Made by a program: the position numbers and the translations under genes. DNA of 54,672 bases from a virus (taxonomy: Duplodnaviria; Caudoviricetes), in IMG/VR virus record IMGVR_UViG_3300046780_001084, positions 1 through 54,672 of that record. One strand, 5' to 3'. A model generated the notes under the pieces. That model worked only from the letters and a program-made list of their open reading frames with translations, searched no databases and was not told the origin of the DNA. Shown here one piece after another: positions 1-8,565 of the stretch. Within the stretch, counting starts at the first letter, position 1; each line of letters opens with the position of its first letter.

Positions 1-210
1 CTTGGCGTACGCCTCGTTCACCTGCGAAGCTTCGCGGAACTTCTTCCACATGTTGTCGTAGTTGTTCTGGTTCTCCGAGTACTGGGCCTTGATGCCCGCT
101 TCCGCCTTGATGCAGTCGGAACGGAAGCCGAAGGCGCAGCCCGCGTACGAGAAGCCGCTGATGAGGACGAGCGCGAGAGCGCCCAGAAGACCGATGGACT
201 TGATGGACAT
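1..210 (-). CDS. N-terminally anchored protein, LemA-like (partial, runs off the window edge)
   Basis: ATG at 210 with AGGAG RBS; MSIKSIGLLGALALVLISGFSYAGC...AEAGIKAQYSENQNNYDNMWKKFRE: TM helix then helical region. Confidence 0.65.
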   Translation of the reverse strand, partial: MSIKSIGLLGALALVLISGFSYAGCAFGFRSDCIKAEAGIKAQYSENQNNYDNMWKKFREASQVNEAYAK

Positions 211-230
211 GAGAAACTCCTGTTGGTTGG

Positions 231-1367
231 TTAGCGATAGTAGCTGGAACGGAAGCCGTTGTCAAACGGATCGTTCAGCCAGAAGAAGATGGACATCCCC
301 AAATTGAGGAGGAAGGTGATGATCCCCAGCCAGAGCTTGAATGTGCCGGAGGGGGTAATACTGGCGTTGAGGTACTCGAAGTCGGAGATGCGGCGGTGCT
401 GGTACTTGCTGGACACCTGGTACTCGACGATGTCGAGAAGCTCACGGTACCGGAAGTCCTCCGAAGCCCCCGCGGGCGGCGCCAGCGTGCGTAGGTCGTA
501 GACGGCGTTGCGCAGGTCAATCTTGACCTGCTCGCTCTTGGTCCAGGAGATGACGCCGGCCCAAGCGATCGTGGCGCCATCGGCAGGGTTGATGCCGACC
601 ACCACCACGATGTCGTTTATCTTGCCACCGATCCAGGCCTCGCGCAGCGCCTCCAGGTACATCTCGTCCGCCTCGGCCACGACGATGACCAAGATGTCTA
701 CCTTGCGGGGCGCGCCCCACTTGGCGTTGATCTCGGACAATCTCTCGTTCAGGCCCACGGCGTTCGGAAGCTTGACACCGACCGTCAGGAACCGCTGCGC
801 GCGGTAGTAGTCGTAGACCTCAGGGTACGGCGGGATCTTGTTCTTGAACCGCTCGACCTGGCCCGACCGGCGCACGAGCGTGTCGGGGTTGCCCTTGATG
901 TAGTTCTTGTACGAGTGCTCGACGGCGGTGGGCTCACCGATCTGGATGGCCGTCCAGCGCTGCGGCTCCGACGTGTAGGGCGAGTTGCAGCCGTTGGAGT
1001 AGACGTTCTCGCTGTTCGAGGACCAGGCGTCCCAGGCGACGTCGTGCGAGTGCTCGTAGCAGGTCTGGCAGCAGTAGGAGTGGCAGGTCGTGTTGCCCTT
1101 GGAGTCCGTGCTGCACGACTCGCAAGTCTGGCAGCAGTACGGGTGGCAGCAGCTCACGTTCGACTTCTGCTTGCCCGCGATGACGCCATTCCAGATCTCA
1201 GTGTCCGCGGTCCGATTGTGGAGCGCGATGGCGTAGGGGACGATGACGATCAGCAGTGTCACCACGACCTGGACGCCCAGCTCTCGGATGTCGACCTTCC
1301 CCTTGCTGAGGAGGAAGCTGGCGAACGCCAAGCAGATTGGGATCAGGAGCAGGAAGAAGAGGGCCAT
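231..1367 (-). CDS. Membrane protein with Cys-rich region and possible TPM-like domain
   Basis: 378 aa; two N-terminal and one C-terminal TM; CCHPYCCQTC...CCQTCYEH cluster; LREAWIGGKINDIVVVVG segment. Confidence 0.85.
   Translation of the reverse strand: MALFFLLLIPICLAFASFLLSKGKVDIRELGVQVVVTLLIVIVPYAIALHNRTADTEIWNGVIAGKQKSNVSCCHPYCCQTCESCSTDSKGNTTCHSYCCQTCYEHSHDVAWDAWSSNSENVYSNGCNSPYTSEPQRWTAIQIGEPTAVEHSYKNYIKGNPDTLVRRSGQVERFKNKIPPYPEVYDYYRAQRFLTVGVKLPNAVGLNERLSEINAKWGAPRKVDILVIVVAEADEMYLEALREAWIGGKINDIVVVVGINPADGATIAWAGVISWTKSEQVKIDLRNAVYDLRTLAPPAGASEDFRYRELLDIVEYQVSSKYQHRRISDFEYLNASITPSGTFKLWLGIITFLLNLGMSIFFWLNDPFDNGFRSSYYR
237..265 (-). promoter_or_regulatory. Sigma70-type promoter TTGACA-17-TACTAT
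   Basis: Near-consensus boxes with 17-nt spacer, inside the 3' end of 231..1367, upstream of ATG 210. Confidence 0.7.
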
Positions 1368-1375
1368 GTAGGTGC

Positions 1376-1404
1376 AGCCTACCCGATTAGCCGTTCTTCG
1401 TCAA
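1376..1404 (-). promoter_or_regulatory. Sigma70-type promoter TTGACG-17-TAGGCT (near-leaderless mRNA)
   Basis: 17-nt spacer; -10 box ends 8 nt before ATG 1367; no RBS. Confidence 0.6.
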
Positions 1405-1767
1405 GTACTCTTTCGCCGCGCGCAGCGGGAGGCTCGGGGACAGCTTACGGCCGGTGTCGGTCTCGACACGCACGGCGCGATCGTCCCAAAGTTCGATCAT
1501 CCCTAGGTCCTTCTCGTTCGTTACCTGGAGCCGTTGCCCGAGGTGAATCAGGCACCAGTTCTCGACCAGCTTGCGCTGCGCCTCGTGGTCCCAGCCGGGC
1601 ATGCGGTTCACCCGGGCGGTCATGATGCGGACCTCGCGGCCCTGCTTCAGCCAGCCCTTCACGCGCCGGAGCATGCGAGGCACGGGCTTGCCGATCTGGT
1701 TGAGCCCGGCCATGCCGGACTCGTAGAGGGCCAACGTGTGGTCCAAGTCGACGCCGATCCAGCCCAT
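1387..1767 (-). CDS. HAD-superfamily phosphatase-like protein
   Basis: Start ATG 1767 (MGWIGVDLDHTL, DxDxT motif I), IMTAR motif II, K...WDD motifs III/IV. Confidence 0.85.
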   Translation of the reverse strand: MGWIGVDLDHTLALYESGMAGLNQIGKPVPRMLRRVKGWLKQGREVRIMTARVNRMPGWDHEAQRKLVENWCLIHLGQRLQVTNEKDLGMIELWDDRAVRVETDTGRKLSPSLPLRAAKEYLTKNG

Positions 1768-2303
1768 TACTCGATGCCTCCCATCTTCAGCTTCATCGTG
1801 TTGATCATCGTGAGCAGAGCTTCGGCGTTGCCGCGGGCGTCGTCCACCGGGTTGTGCGTGTGGCGGGTGACCCGCAGGTGCTTGAAGTTCTCGCGCGTCG
1901 TCCGCACGAGGCCCTTGTAGAGGCTCCCCAGGTTCATCGAGCTGTGGCCGAAGGGGTTGCGGCCGAGGAAGTGGTGGAAGTACCAAGCCACGAACATCGC
2001 ATCGAAGCCGTTGTTGTCGGAGACCAGCATCGGGTTGTTGCCGCGGTTGTTCTCCTTGATGAACCGATCGAGTTGCTCCATCTCGCCCAGCGGGTCGCGG
2101 AAGGTCATGGCGTGCGCGTGTTCGTACTTGACGACCAGGTACGCGTTGGGGTCCCAGTTGGCGCCCGGCAGCGGCTGGAACTTGCCGTGGAACCACGGCG
2201 CGTGCTCCAGGTCCTTGTCCATCCGGATGACGCCGATCTCGGTCATCGAGTAGTCGCCCGGGATCGGCCCGTTCGCCTCGACGTCCACCATGAACCAGCT
2301 CAT
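1767..2303 (-). CDS. DEDDh 3'-5' exonuclease (RNase T/RNase AS-like)
   Basis: Start ATG 2303 MSWFMVDVEANG (DxE), NNGFD, HNPVDDA. Confidence 0.9.
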   Translation of the reverse strand: MSWFMVDVEANGPIPGDYSMTEIGVIRMDKDLEHAPWFHGKFQPLPGANWDPNAYLVVKYEHAHAMTFRDPLGEMEQLDRFIKENNRGNNPMLVSDNNGFDAMFVAWYFHHFLGRNPFGHSSMNLGSLYKGLVRTTRENFKHLRVTRHTHNPVDDARGNAEALLTMINTMKLKMGGIE

Positions 2304-3169
2304 TCGGGCCCCCTCATGAGAACGCCCGCGGCGGCGAACAGCTCCTTGGAAATCTCGGCACTCACCTTCCACCGAGACTGGTCCCCGATCGTCTCGTAGA
2401 TAACCTCTTTGACGCCAGCTTGAATAATGGCCTTTGCGCAATCCTTGCACGGCGCCATGGGGGTGACGTAGATGGTGGTTCCTGCCGTGGAGACTCCAAA
2501 CCGAGCTGCTGTTAGCAGTGCATTTTCCTCGGCATGAATGGTCCAGTCATACTTCGCGGGACGCTCGTATCGCTCAGGTAGGTTGTCGTTCACCCCACGG
2601 GGGAATCCGTTGTACCCGGTCGAAATGATATTGCGATCACGCACCAAGACCGAGCCAACCTGAGTCGACGGGTCCTTCGACCGTGTTGCGACGTGTTCTG
2701 CGATTTGAATGAAGTATCGATCCCAGCTGCGACGCGGGTCATGCCGCATGAGGTACGCCATGGCAGACCGCAGGCTGAGAGTCGAGTCTTGAAAGATCCC
2801 AATGGCTCTGTTACAGCCCTGGCAGAGCAGTCCTCGAACTTTCCCAGTCTTGTGGTCGTGGTCAACAGCCAGACGCTCCCCCTCCGGAGGAGGGTTGTGA
2901 CAGATGGCGCACGTGCCACCCTGAAGTTCATTCAGTGCAGTGTGCTGCTCGGGAGAGAGATCGTAATAATTCTTCATTCGCCATTCCCACGCTTTCGCCT
3001 TGTACTCGGGACGCAGGTGGTACTTTGCATCCCGAGCGCGTGCGTTGGCGTCCTTTCGCTTACACTCGCCACAGCGGGGACCGCCCGGATCGATAGACTT
3101 CTTCCCCAGGTCAAATGACGTCCCGCACTTACAAAGGTGCGGGACGCGTTTGTTAGGCTTCCTCGCCAC
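2300..3169 (-). CDS. Endonuclease VII-type HNH domain fused to dCMP deaminase
   Basis: CAIC...LAVDHDHKTGKVRGLLCQGCNRAIG (EndoVII), then WDRYF..RSKDPSTQVG..GYNGFPRG..HAEENA..PCKDC (dCMP deaminase). Confidence 0.92.
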   Translation of the reverse strand: MARKPNKRVPHLCKCGTSFDLGKKSIDPGGPRCGECKRKDANARARDAKYHLRPEYKAKAWEWRMKNYYDLSPEQHTALNELQGGTCAICHNPPPEGERLAVDHDHKTGKVRGLLCQGCNRAIGIFQDSTLSLRSAMAYLMRHDPRRSWDRYFIQIAEHVATRSKDPSTQVGSVLVRDRNIISTGYNGFPRGVNDNLPERYERPAKYDWTIHAEENALLTAARFGVSTAGTTIYVTPMAPCKDCAKAIIQAGVKEVIYETIGDQSRWKVSAEISKELFAAAGVLMRGPE

Positions 3170-3172
3170 CCT

Positions 3173-3409
3173 CTACTTCGTCCTGACAGGACAGTCGAGA
3201 TCGTACCCGAAGGCCAGGATGGGGGCGAAGACCGTCTCGAAGAAAATGATCCCGAGAACGATGTTCCGCGTGCTGGCGCGGTAGACCACCTTCGGATTCT
3301 TCTGGTCCTCCGAGAACAGCCCCTGACACTCACCCAGCTCATTGCTGCTTCTGCAAGCAGTCGAGGAGAGGGTGAGGGCCAAGAGCGCCGCTGCGATGAG
3401 CTTCTTCAT
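3173..3409 (-). CDS. Small lipoprotein
   Basis: MKKLIAAALLALTLSSTAC lipobox; second hydrophobic segment; 78 aa. Confidence 0.8.
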   Translation of the reverse strand: MKKLIAAALLALTLSSTACRSSNELGECQGLFSEDQKNPKVVYRASTRNIVLGIIFFETVFAPILAFGYDLDCPVRTK

Positions 3410-3419
3410 GGCGCCCGCC

Positions 3420-4709
3420 TTACTGGAGCGAGAGGGGCCAGTGAACCACCCGGGTGCCGCGGACGAGCTTGCGGTTGACCGAGGTGCTCTGGACGTACAG
3501 GTCGAAGTTGCCGTGGTTGCCGGGCTTGACCTTGCAGTCGACGCCCGACGGCAGCCCGAGGAGGGTGCGTGCCTGGTTGCCGGCGAAGATCGCACGGGTG
3601 CTCTTCTCCTGGATGAGCAGCTTCTTGGTGTCCTGGACCAGCTCCGGCTTCGTCAGCGCGTAGAAGACCGACCCGGCCTCGTAGGGCAGGCCCGTCTGCG
3701 ACTCGACGAACGGACGGATCTCGGTCTCGGCGGTGACGGTGAAGTGCTTCACCTTGCTCTGGATGTCGACGAGGTTCTTCCGCAGATCGGAACCGTCGAG
3801 GCCCGACAAGTCCGTGTAGAACGTGTTGAGCGAGTGAATGCCCTTCGCGCGGCTGGTCGTGTAGTTCTGGATGGCGCTGGTGCGGAGGACGGTCGTCTCG
3901 CGAAGGCCGCGGGCCGACAGCTCCCACTCCACGCAGTTGCCCGGCGAGATGCCGTAGCGGTTGCAGAACGCGAACTTCTTGCCCGGGGGCATCTGGAACG
4001 TGATCGTCCAGCGGTCCGTCGGGACGACGCGGTCGAACAGCCGCTTCATCGTGTTGCCGGAGCTGTCACGGGACTCGTTGTCCTCGCCGTCCGTGATGAC
4101 CATGAGGAGATAGGCCACGTCCTCGTCTGCGCGCTCGGGCTGGAGGTGGTCCGTGATCGCGTCCTCGACCGCCGAGAAGAGCGGGGTGCCACCCGACGGA
4201 TAGCGGACGGGCTGGTTCTTGACCTCCTTGACGTCGAGGTTCCGGAACTCCACCTTCGAGCGCCAATTCGCGAAGTAGTACAGGCTCATGTCGATGGCCT
4301 GACCCGAGCGGTACGCCTCAGCCTTGAGGTCGGCGATGGTCTTGTTGATCGACTCGGCCATCTCGTGGCGGTACGCCTGGACGGAGGTCGAGTCGTCGAC
4401 CACCAAGATCGCCTTGGTGCGGAGCTTGCGGGCGGGCTGCGCGGCGGCGACAGCCTGCCTGTAGCTGCCCGGGGCGGCGGGAGCCGGCGCGAGAGTCGGG
4501 GCCGGAGGCGTGAACGAAGGCTTGGCGGCGGTCTTCGAGGCCAGCGACCAGGTGCCGTTCGCGTTCTCGACGACCGTGCCCCTGCGGGACAGCCGGCGGA
4601 GGCTGGTGTGGACCGCGGCGTAGGACTTGCCGAGGAGCGCGATCAGATCTTCGGTCGACATGAAGGCCGACCGAGCGAGAATGGTGAGGACGTCGTCTTT
4701 CGTTGCCAT
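3420..4709 (-). CDS. VWA-domain protein with N-terminal winged-HTH
   Basis: Start ATG 4709; N-terminal MSTEDLIALLGKSYAAVHTSLRRL HTH; Pro/Ala linker; VDDSTS, GGTPL, ITDGEDNES MIDAS motifs. Confidence 0.85.
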   Translation of the reverse strand: MATKDDVLTILARSAFMSTEDLIALLGKSYAAVHTSLRRLSRRGTVVENANGTWSLASKTAAKPSFTPPAPTLAPAPAAPGSYRQAVAAAQPARKLRTKAILVVDDSTSVQAYRHEMAESINKTIADLKAEAYRSGQAIDMSLYYFANWRSKVEFRNLDVKEVKNQPVRYPSGGTPLFSAVEDAITDHLQPERADEDVAYLLMVITDGEDNESRDSSGNTMKRLFDRVVPTDRWTITFQMPPGKKFAFCNRYGISPGNCVEWELSARGLRETTVLRTSAIQNYTTSRAKGIHSLNTFYTDLSGLDGSDLRKNLVDIQSKVKHFTVTAETEIRPFVESQTGLPYEAGSVFYALTKPELVQDTKKLLIQEKSTRAIFAGNQARTLLGLPSGVDCKVKPGNHGNFDLYVQSTSVNRKLVRGTRVVHWPLSLQ

Positions 4710-4746
4710 GCGTGTGTTCTCCCGTGTGTGCGTGAATCGAAAACCA

Positions 4747-4760
4747 ATTTCTACGGAATC
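4747..4760 (-). promoter_or_regulatory. Phage motif GATTCCGTAGAAAT (putative middle promoter)
   Basis: One of 7 copies found upstream of gene starts. Confidence 0.6.
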
Positions 4761-4930
4761 TTGTGCTCCGCGGCGAGGCGATCGAGAGCTTTTTTCGCTT
4801 CTTCTTCGCGCTCGTTCTTCTGGATGACCAACATCTCGTCGTAGACCTCCTGTGCCTCCTTCACGTGGTTGGTGCACGGGTCCTTCTGGCCGCACAGAAA
4901 CGCTGCGAGTCTGCCTGGGATGCTGCTCAT
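4751..4930 (-). CDS. Hypothetical protein, 59 aa
   Basis: MSSIPGRLAAFLCGQKDPC...EHKIP; ATGA overlap with upstream gene. Confidence 0.7.
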   Translation of the reverse strand: MSSIPGRLAAFLCGQKDPCTNHVKEAQEVYDEMLVIQKNEREEEAKKALDRLAAEHKIP

Positions 4931-5145
4931 TTGGCGGGTACCTTACCAGGTTCGCGGGGTTTGTCAACCTTTTTCTTCGGGGCGCAGATGCAGGTAGCGG
5001 GCGTGCAGCAGCACTCCTTCCGCTTGTCGGGGAGGACTGCGATCGGAAGGCGGGAGACGAGAGAGTGAAGTCCGTCGCCAGCGACCGTGCAGGGTCTCTT
5101 GCGGGCCGAGTTCTCGCCCACGCCACAGAACCTACACTCGCTCAC
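4927..5145 (-). CDS. Small Cys-rich hypothetical protein
   Basis: GTG start with GAG/GAGG RBS, GTGA overlap; CRFC, CCC, CIC. Confidence 0.65.
   Translation of the reverse strand: MSECRFCGVGENSARKRPCTVAGDGLHSLVSRLPIAVLPDKRKECCCTPATCICAPKKKVDKPREPGKVPAK
4940..4967 (-). promoter_or_regulatory. Possible sigma70 promoter TTGACA-16-TAAGGT with extended -10 TG
   Basis: Perfect -35; -10 ends 9 nt before ATG 4930. Confidence 0.45.
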
Positions 5146-5579
5146 CTCTTCCTCCACATCCGGATGCCGTAGCGCCGGCCGTCGCCGTCCGCCGTCCACC
5201 AGTGCATCAGCTGGTGCTTGGACATCACTGAGACACCGTTCTCCTGGGCGTTCCACTTCGCCATCCATGAGTCGAAGATGACCACGCGCTTCCCCATGGT
5301 CCCGATCAACGTCACCCAGTGCCGCCCGTCCTCGACGTTCAGGATGACCGGGTCGCCAGCGAAGAGCTTCTCGAAGGCCGCTTCCTTGCCGTACTTGAAC
5401 TCCTCGTAGTCGAACCCGAGCTTCTCCAAGGCATTCATGATGCCGTGCTCGTTGGTCCCCGACTCGTCCGTGTCGGCGTGTTTGCGGATGCGCGCGACCG
5501 GGATCGAGAGCCCAAGCGCCCGCGCCGCGTTCAGGATCGAGTAGACCCCGCAGTCGTAGGGCTCTTTCTGGAGCTTCAT
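5142..5579 (-). CDS. Standalone C39-like cysteine peptidase
   Basis: MKLQKEPYDCGV (Q-x5-C), GTN, RHWVTL, IFDS catalytic pattern. Confidence 0.85.
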   Translation of the reverse strand: MKLQKEPYDCGVYSILNAARALGLSIPVARIRKHADTDESGTNEHGIMNALEKLGFDYEEFKYGKEAAFEKLFAGDPVILNVEDGRHWVTLIGTMGKRVVIFDSWMAKWNAQENGVSVMSKHQLMHWWTADGDGRRYGIRMWRKR

Positions 5580-5719
5580 GGTCGCAGCATGTACGACGAC
5601 CACCCCGTGATCGCCGCGTCCAGCAGCCAGAACATCCCGAACCGCCAGTCGCGGCGGTAGAAGGCCTCGCCTGACGCGCAGAGCATGAGGATGCAGATCG
5701 CCATCGGGAACCAGCGCAT
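5576..5719 (-). CDS. Small membrane protein, 47 aa
   Basis: [40 protein letters not shown]; overlaps both neighbours. Confidence 0.6.
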   Translation of the reverse strand: MRWFPMAICILMLCASGEAFYRRDWRFGMFWLLDAAITGWSSYMLRP

Positions 5720-6729
5720 CAGTCCGCCTCCGATACAATCTCGACATCGTGGGGGTAGGATTCGCGGAGTCCCGCGGAGGTGATGCGGATCAGCTGCGGG
5801 TCCTCCCGGAGCTTCCAGAGGTTCGTGGCGTTCTGGTACGAGCAGCCCGAGCGGATTCCCTCCAGCAGGCGGTTGAGGACCTTGGCGTACGGCCCGGCCT
5901 TGGGCACTCGGGCTCGCACCCCCTCGACGTGGCTGGTCTTGTGGGTGGACGAGCCCCGATAGATCCGGTACCCGCCGCCCGCGAAGCCCGCCGCTTCATC
6001 GCAGCCCGCGAAGAGGTTGCCGACCATGACCATGTCCGCGAAGCACAGCGCCTTGACGCAGTCCCCGCCGTTCTTGATGCCGCCGTCAGCGATGATTCCG
6101 TTGCCGGGGAAGAACCCCTCCCGCAACTCGGCGACGTCCATCAGTGCCGTGAGCTGAGGCACGCCGCAGCCGGTCTCGATGCGGGTCGTGCAGAGGCTGC
6201 CCGGTCCGATCCCTACCTTGACGATGTCCGCCCCGGCCTGCCACAGCCGCTTGGCCCCGCCCGCGGTCGCCACGTTGCCGGCGATGATGGTGAGTCCCGG
6301 GATGCGCAGCGCGGTCCCCTTGAGGTACTCGACCATGCGCTGAGCGAGAAGCGAGTCGCCGTGGGCGATGTCCACGCAGATGACACTGACACCCGCGTCG
6401 ACCAGCTTCTTGGCGCGCTCGACCTCGTTCTTGACACCGATCGAAGCGCCGACCAGGGGATCCTCGCCGAGCGCCGTGAACTGAGCGATCTGCTCTTCGA
6501 CGGTCTGGAAGCGGTGGATGAGCGCGAGCCCACCCGACACGACCTGAGCCTTGAGCAGCTGGAGGCCGGCGACGTCCTCCATGTTGGCCGGGATGAGCGG
6601 GTGCTCGAACACGCGGTCGTCGAATCCAACGCGCAGATCGACGTCCTCCTCGCGGCTGTTGACGGTGGAGTTGTACACCGGTTCGAGAAGCACGTCGTCG
6701 TACGACAGCCCCTCACGAATGGCGGCCAT
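5719..6729 (-). CDS. guaB: IMP dehydrogenase / GMP reductase family protein (no CBS domains)
   Basis: [32 protein letters not shown] catalytic Cys loop, IIADGGI, VEGV; GuaB versus GuaC not resolvable by eye. Confidence 0.9.
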   Translation of the reverse strand: MAAIREGLSYDDVLLEPVYNSTVNSREEDVDLRVGFDDRVFEHPLIPANMEDVAGLQLLKAQVVSGGLALIHRFQTVEEQIAQFTALGEDPLVGASIGVKNEVERAKKLVDAGVSVICVDIAHGDSLLAQRMVEYLKGTALRIPGLTIIAGNVATAGGAKRLWQAGADIVKVGIGPGSLCTTRIETGCGVPQLTALMDVAELREGFFPGNGIIADGGIKNGGDCVKALCFADMVMVGNLFAGCDEAAGFAGGGYRIYRGSSTHKTSHVEGVRARVPKAGPYAKVLNRLLEGIRSGCSYQNATNLWKLREDPQLIRITSAGLRESYPHDVEIVSEAD

Positions 6730-6730
6730 A

Positions 6731-7081
6731 CTACTTGCCCCCGAGAGCCTTGAGTTCGGACTCGACCTCGGCCAGCTCGGCCTTGAGCGTCGTGCGGCGG
6801 CTGCTCAAGATCGCGCGCTGCTGGAGCGCCGCGCGGTCGACCTTGAGGATGTTGACCTCCACGATGTCCCCGCCGCCGCCCCAGCTGAAGAATCCCGACA
6901 GCTCCAGTGCGTACTCCACGGCGTCACCGTAGGTGCCCTGGACCGTGGCCAGGGTCGGCTGGTGGTGAGAGCCACCGAGGTCGCAGTTGGGGTCCTCGCC
7001 CAAGATCTTCCAGACCCCGACCTTGCCCGCGAGCTGGTTTTCGAGCAGCCGCGCGCGGGCACCGTGAATTTGTGCGTTCAC
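6731..7081 (-). CDS. Hypothetical phage protein
   Basis: GTG start with GGAGG RBS, GTGA overlap; GEDPNCDLGGSHHQP...FFSWGGGG; C-terminal coiled coil. Confidence 0.75.
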   Translation of the reverse strand: MNAQIHGARARLLENQLAGKVGVWKILGEDPNCDLGGSHHQPTLATVQGTYGDAVEYALELSGFFSWGGGGDIVEVNILKVDRAALQQRAILSSRRTTLKAELAEVESELKALGGK

Positions 7082-7713
7082 TTCTCGTCCTCCAGGAGCG
7101 CGTTGTTGCACGTCCCGCAGTTGATGGCGAGGCCGTCCTTCGAGCTGAAGACGTTGAAATCACAGGCCGCGCAGTGGTACTTGCTGCGCTTTTTGGCGAT
7201 GGTGACGGGCGTCGCCCCTTCGAGGCTGCCCTTCCAGGGCAGAAGGAACTCCTGCGGCATGTCCTTGAACGAGCGATCGAACGCACCGTCCTCCACGATG
7301 TAGTGGGTCATGCGGAACCCAGTCTCGGGCCCGCCCTTCTCGCCGGTCGAGCTGGGGTAGAGGCCCACGGCCTTCATGAGCCCGCCCCACTCCTTGTTGT
7401 GGTAGCCCTTCTTGGAGAGGTGCTCGCCGTTCTCGTGATGGTCGAGATGGCACATCTCGTGGACCAAGGTGCTGTACAGCTCCTTGGCGTCGCGCTCCAT
7501 CATCATGGGGTTGAGGCTGATCTCGTGCGTGACGACCGGGCTGTCGCCCTGAGTCTTCCAGCGCTCGGGGGCGAAGAACCCGTAGGCCTTCGCGCGCCGG
7601 CTGAAGTTCAGGATGATCTCGGGAAGACGGCTCCCGAACAGCTTCTCGTTGAAGTACCTGAACGAGGACTGGTAGGCGTCGAACTGCTCTTTGGTGGGCT
7701 GAAGTGTGGGCAT
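7078..7713 (-). CDS. SprT-like zinc metalloprotease
   Basis: FNEKLFGSRLP, TLVHEMCH (HExxH), GYHNKEW, C-terminal CxxC..CxxC. Confidence 0.88.
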   Translation of the reverse strand: MPTLQPTKEQFDAYQSSFRYFNEKLFGSRLPEIILNFSRRAKAYGFFAPERWKTQGDSPVVTHEISLNPMMMERDAKELYSTLVHEMCHLDHHENGEHLSKKGYHNKEWGGLMKAVGLYPSSTGEKGGPETGFRMTHYIVEDGAFDRSFKDMPQEFLLPWKGSLEGATPVTIAKKRSKYHCAACDFNVFSSKDGLAINCGTCNNALLEDEK

Positions 7714-7719
7714 GCTTTG

Positions 7720-7748
7720 AAGGTACCCCAAATGCGTTTCATTGTCAA
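7720..7748 (-). promoter_or_regulatory. Sigma70-type promoter TTGACA-17-TACCTT, leaderless SprT mRNA
   Basis: -10 box ends 6 nt before ATG 7713. Confidence 0.75.
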
Positions 7749-7873
7749 GCACCCATTTTCCGCCAGAGCCACTTGACCAGCTCCCACAGCAAAACGATGA
7801 CGACCGCCTGGAAGATGTTGAATCCCCAGAGCAGGTAGATGGACCAGATCGTCAGGTTCGGAGGGCAGGTCAT
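7745..7873 (-). CDS. Small membrane peptide, 42 aa
   Basis: MTCPPNLTIWSIYLLWGFNIFQAVVIVLLWELVKWLWRKMGA. Confidence 0.55.
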   Translation of the reverse strand: MTCPPNLTIWSIYLLWGFNIFQAVVIVLLWELVKWLWRKMGA

Positions 7874-7941
7874 CCTATCAAGAAGTAGATTACCAGCCCC
7901 AGGACGATTCCCAGTGCCCAGGTGATGAGGCGCTTCTTCAT
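7870..7941 (-). CDS. Small membrane peptide, 23 aa
   Basis: MKKRLITWALGIVLGLVIYFLIG; ATGA-coupled to next ORF; follows promoter motif. Confidence 0.5.
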   Translation of the reverse strand: MKKRLITWALGIVLGLVIYFLIG

Positions 7942-7947
7942 CGCCCT

Positions 7948-7961
7948 ATTTCTACTGAATC
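7948..7961 (-). promoter_or_regulatory. Phage motif GATTCAGTAGAAAT
   Basis: Repeated motif directly upstream of ATG 7941. Confidence 0.6.
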
Positions 7962-8565
7962 AGTGCCCGTAGTTGCAGCCGACCAGGAATCGCCGGCCAC
8001 CGACCGTCACCTCGGTCTCGAACGAGCCGCAGCACCCCGTCTCGGCCTGCTTGCGGAACCTGCGGACGTCCTTGCGGATCTTGACGTCGGCGAAGCGGAA
8101 ATTGTCGACGTAGTCCAGGTCGTTCGTCTTGATGATCTGCTCCAGCTCGCGGGTCAAATAGAGCTGAAGCTCACCGTAGTCGTTCGCCTGCGGAGGCTTC
8201 ATCCGGCGCCGGTAGCGCTCCTGCTTGATGACCACCGTGAGGTCGCCCTGGGCCCAGTCCGGACGCGTGGGGATGAGGATCGAAGTCGGGTCGTTGACGT
8301 CCGGGTCCACGAACACGAAGTGCTGGGACCGCTGGCCGCGGGGCTCCGCCTTGAAGTAGAACACCCGCTGCTCCTCCGCGTCTTTGAAGATCCCCTTCCA
8401 GTACTGCGCGTTGGTCTGGTGCCAGTACAGGTTGCGGAACCACTCGCCGAACTCGGGCCGGCCGCACACCTTGCAGTCGTACCTGCGCTCGATGCGCTCC
8501 AGGCCCCAGTGGTTGCAGGCGACCTTGTAGTCGCTGTGGTCGAGATTCGTGCATTCTGCGGTCAT
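7960..8565 (-). CDS. Hypothetical protein
   Basis: 201 aa, TGATG-coupled to integrase; C-terminal DNFRFA...GCCGSF...GCNYGH. Confidence 0.8.
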   Translation of the reverse strand: MTAECTNLDHSDYKVACNHWGLERIERRYDCKVCGRPEFGEWFRNLYWHQTNAQYWKGIFKDAEEQRVFYFKAEPRGQRSQHFVFVDPDVNDPTSILIPTRPDWAQGDLTVVIKQERYRRRMKPPQANDYGELQLYLTRELEQIIKTNDLDYVDNFRFADVKIRKDVRRFRKQAETGCCGSFETEVTVGGRRFLVGCNYGH

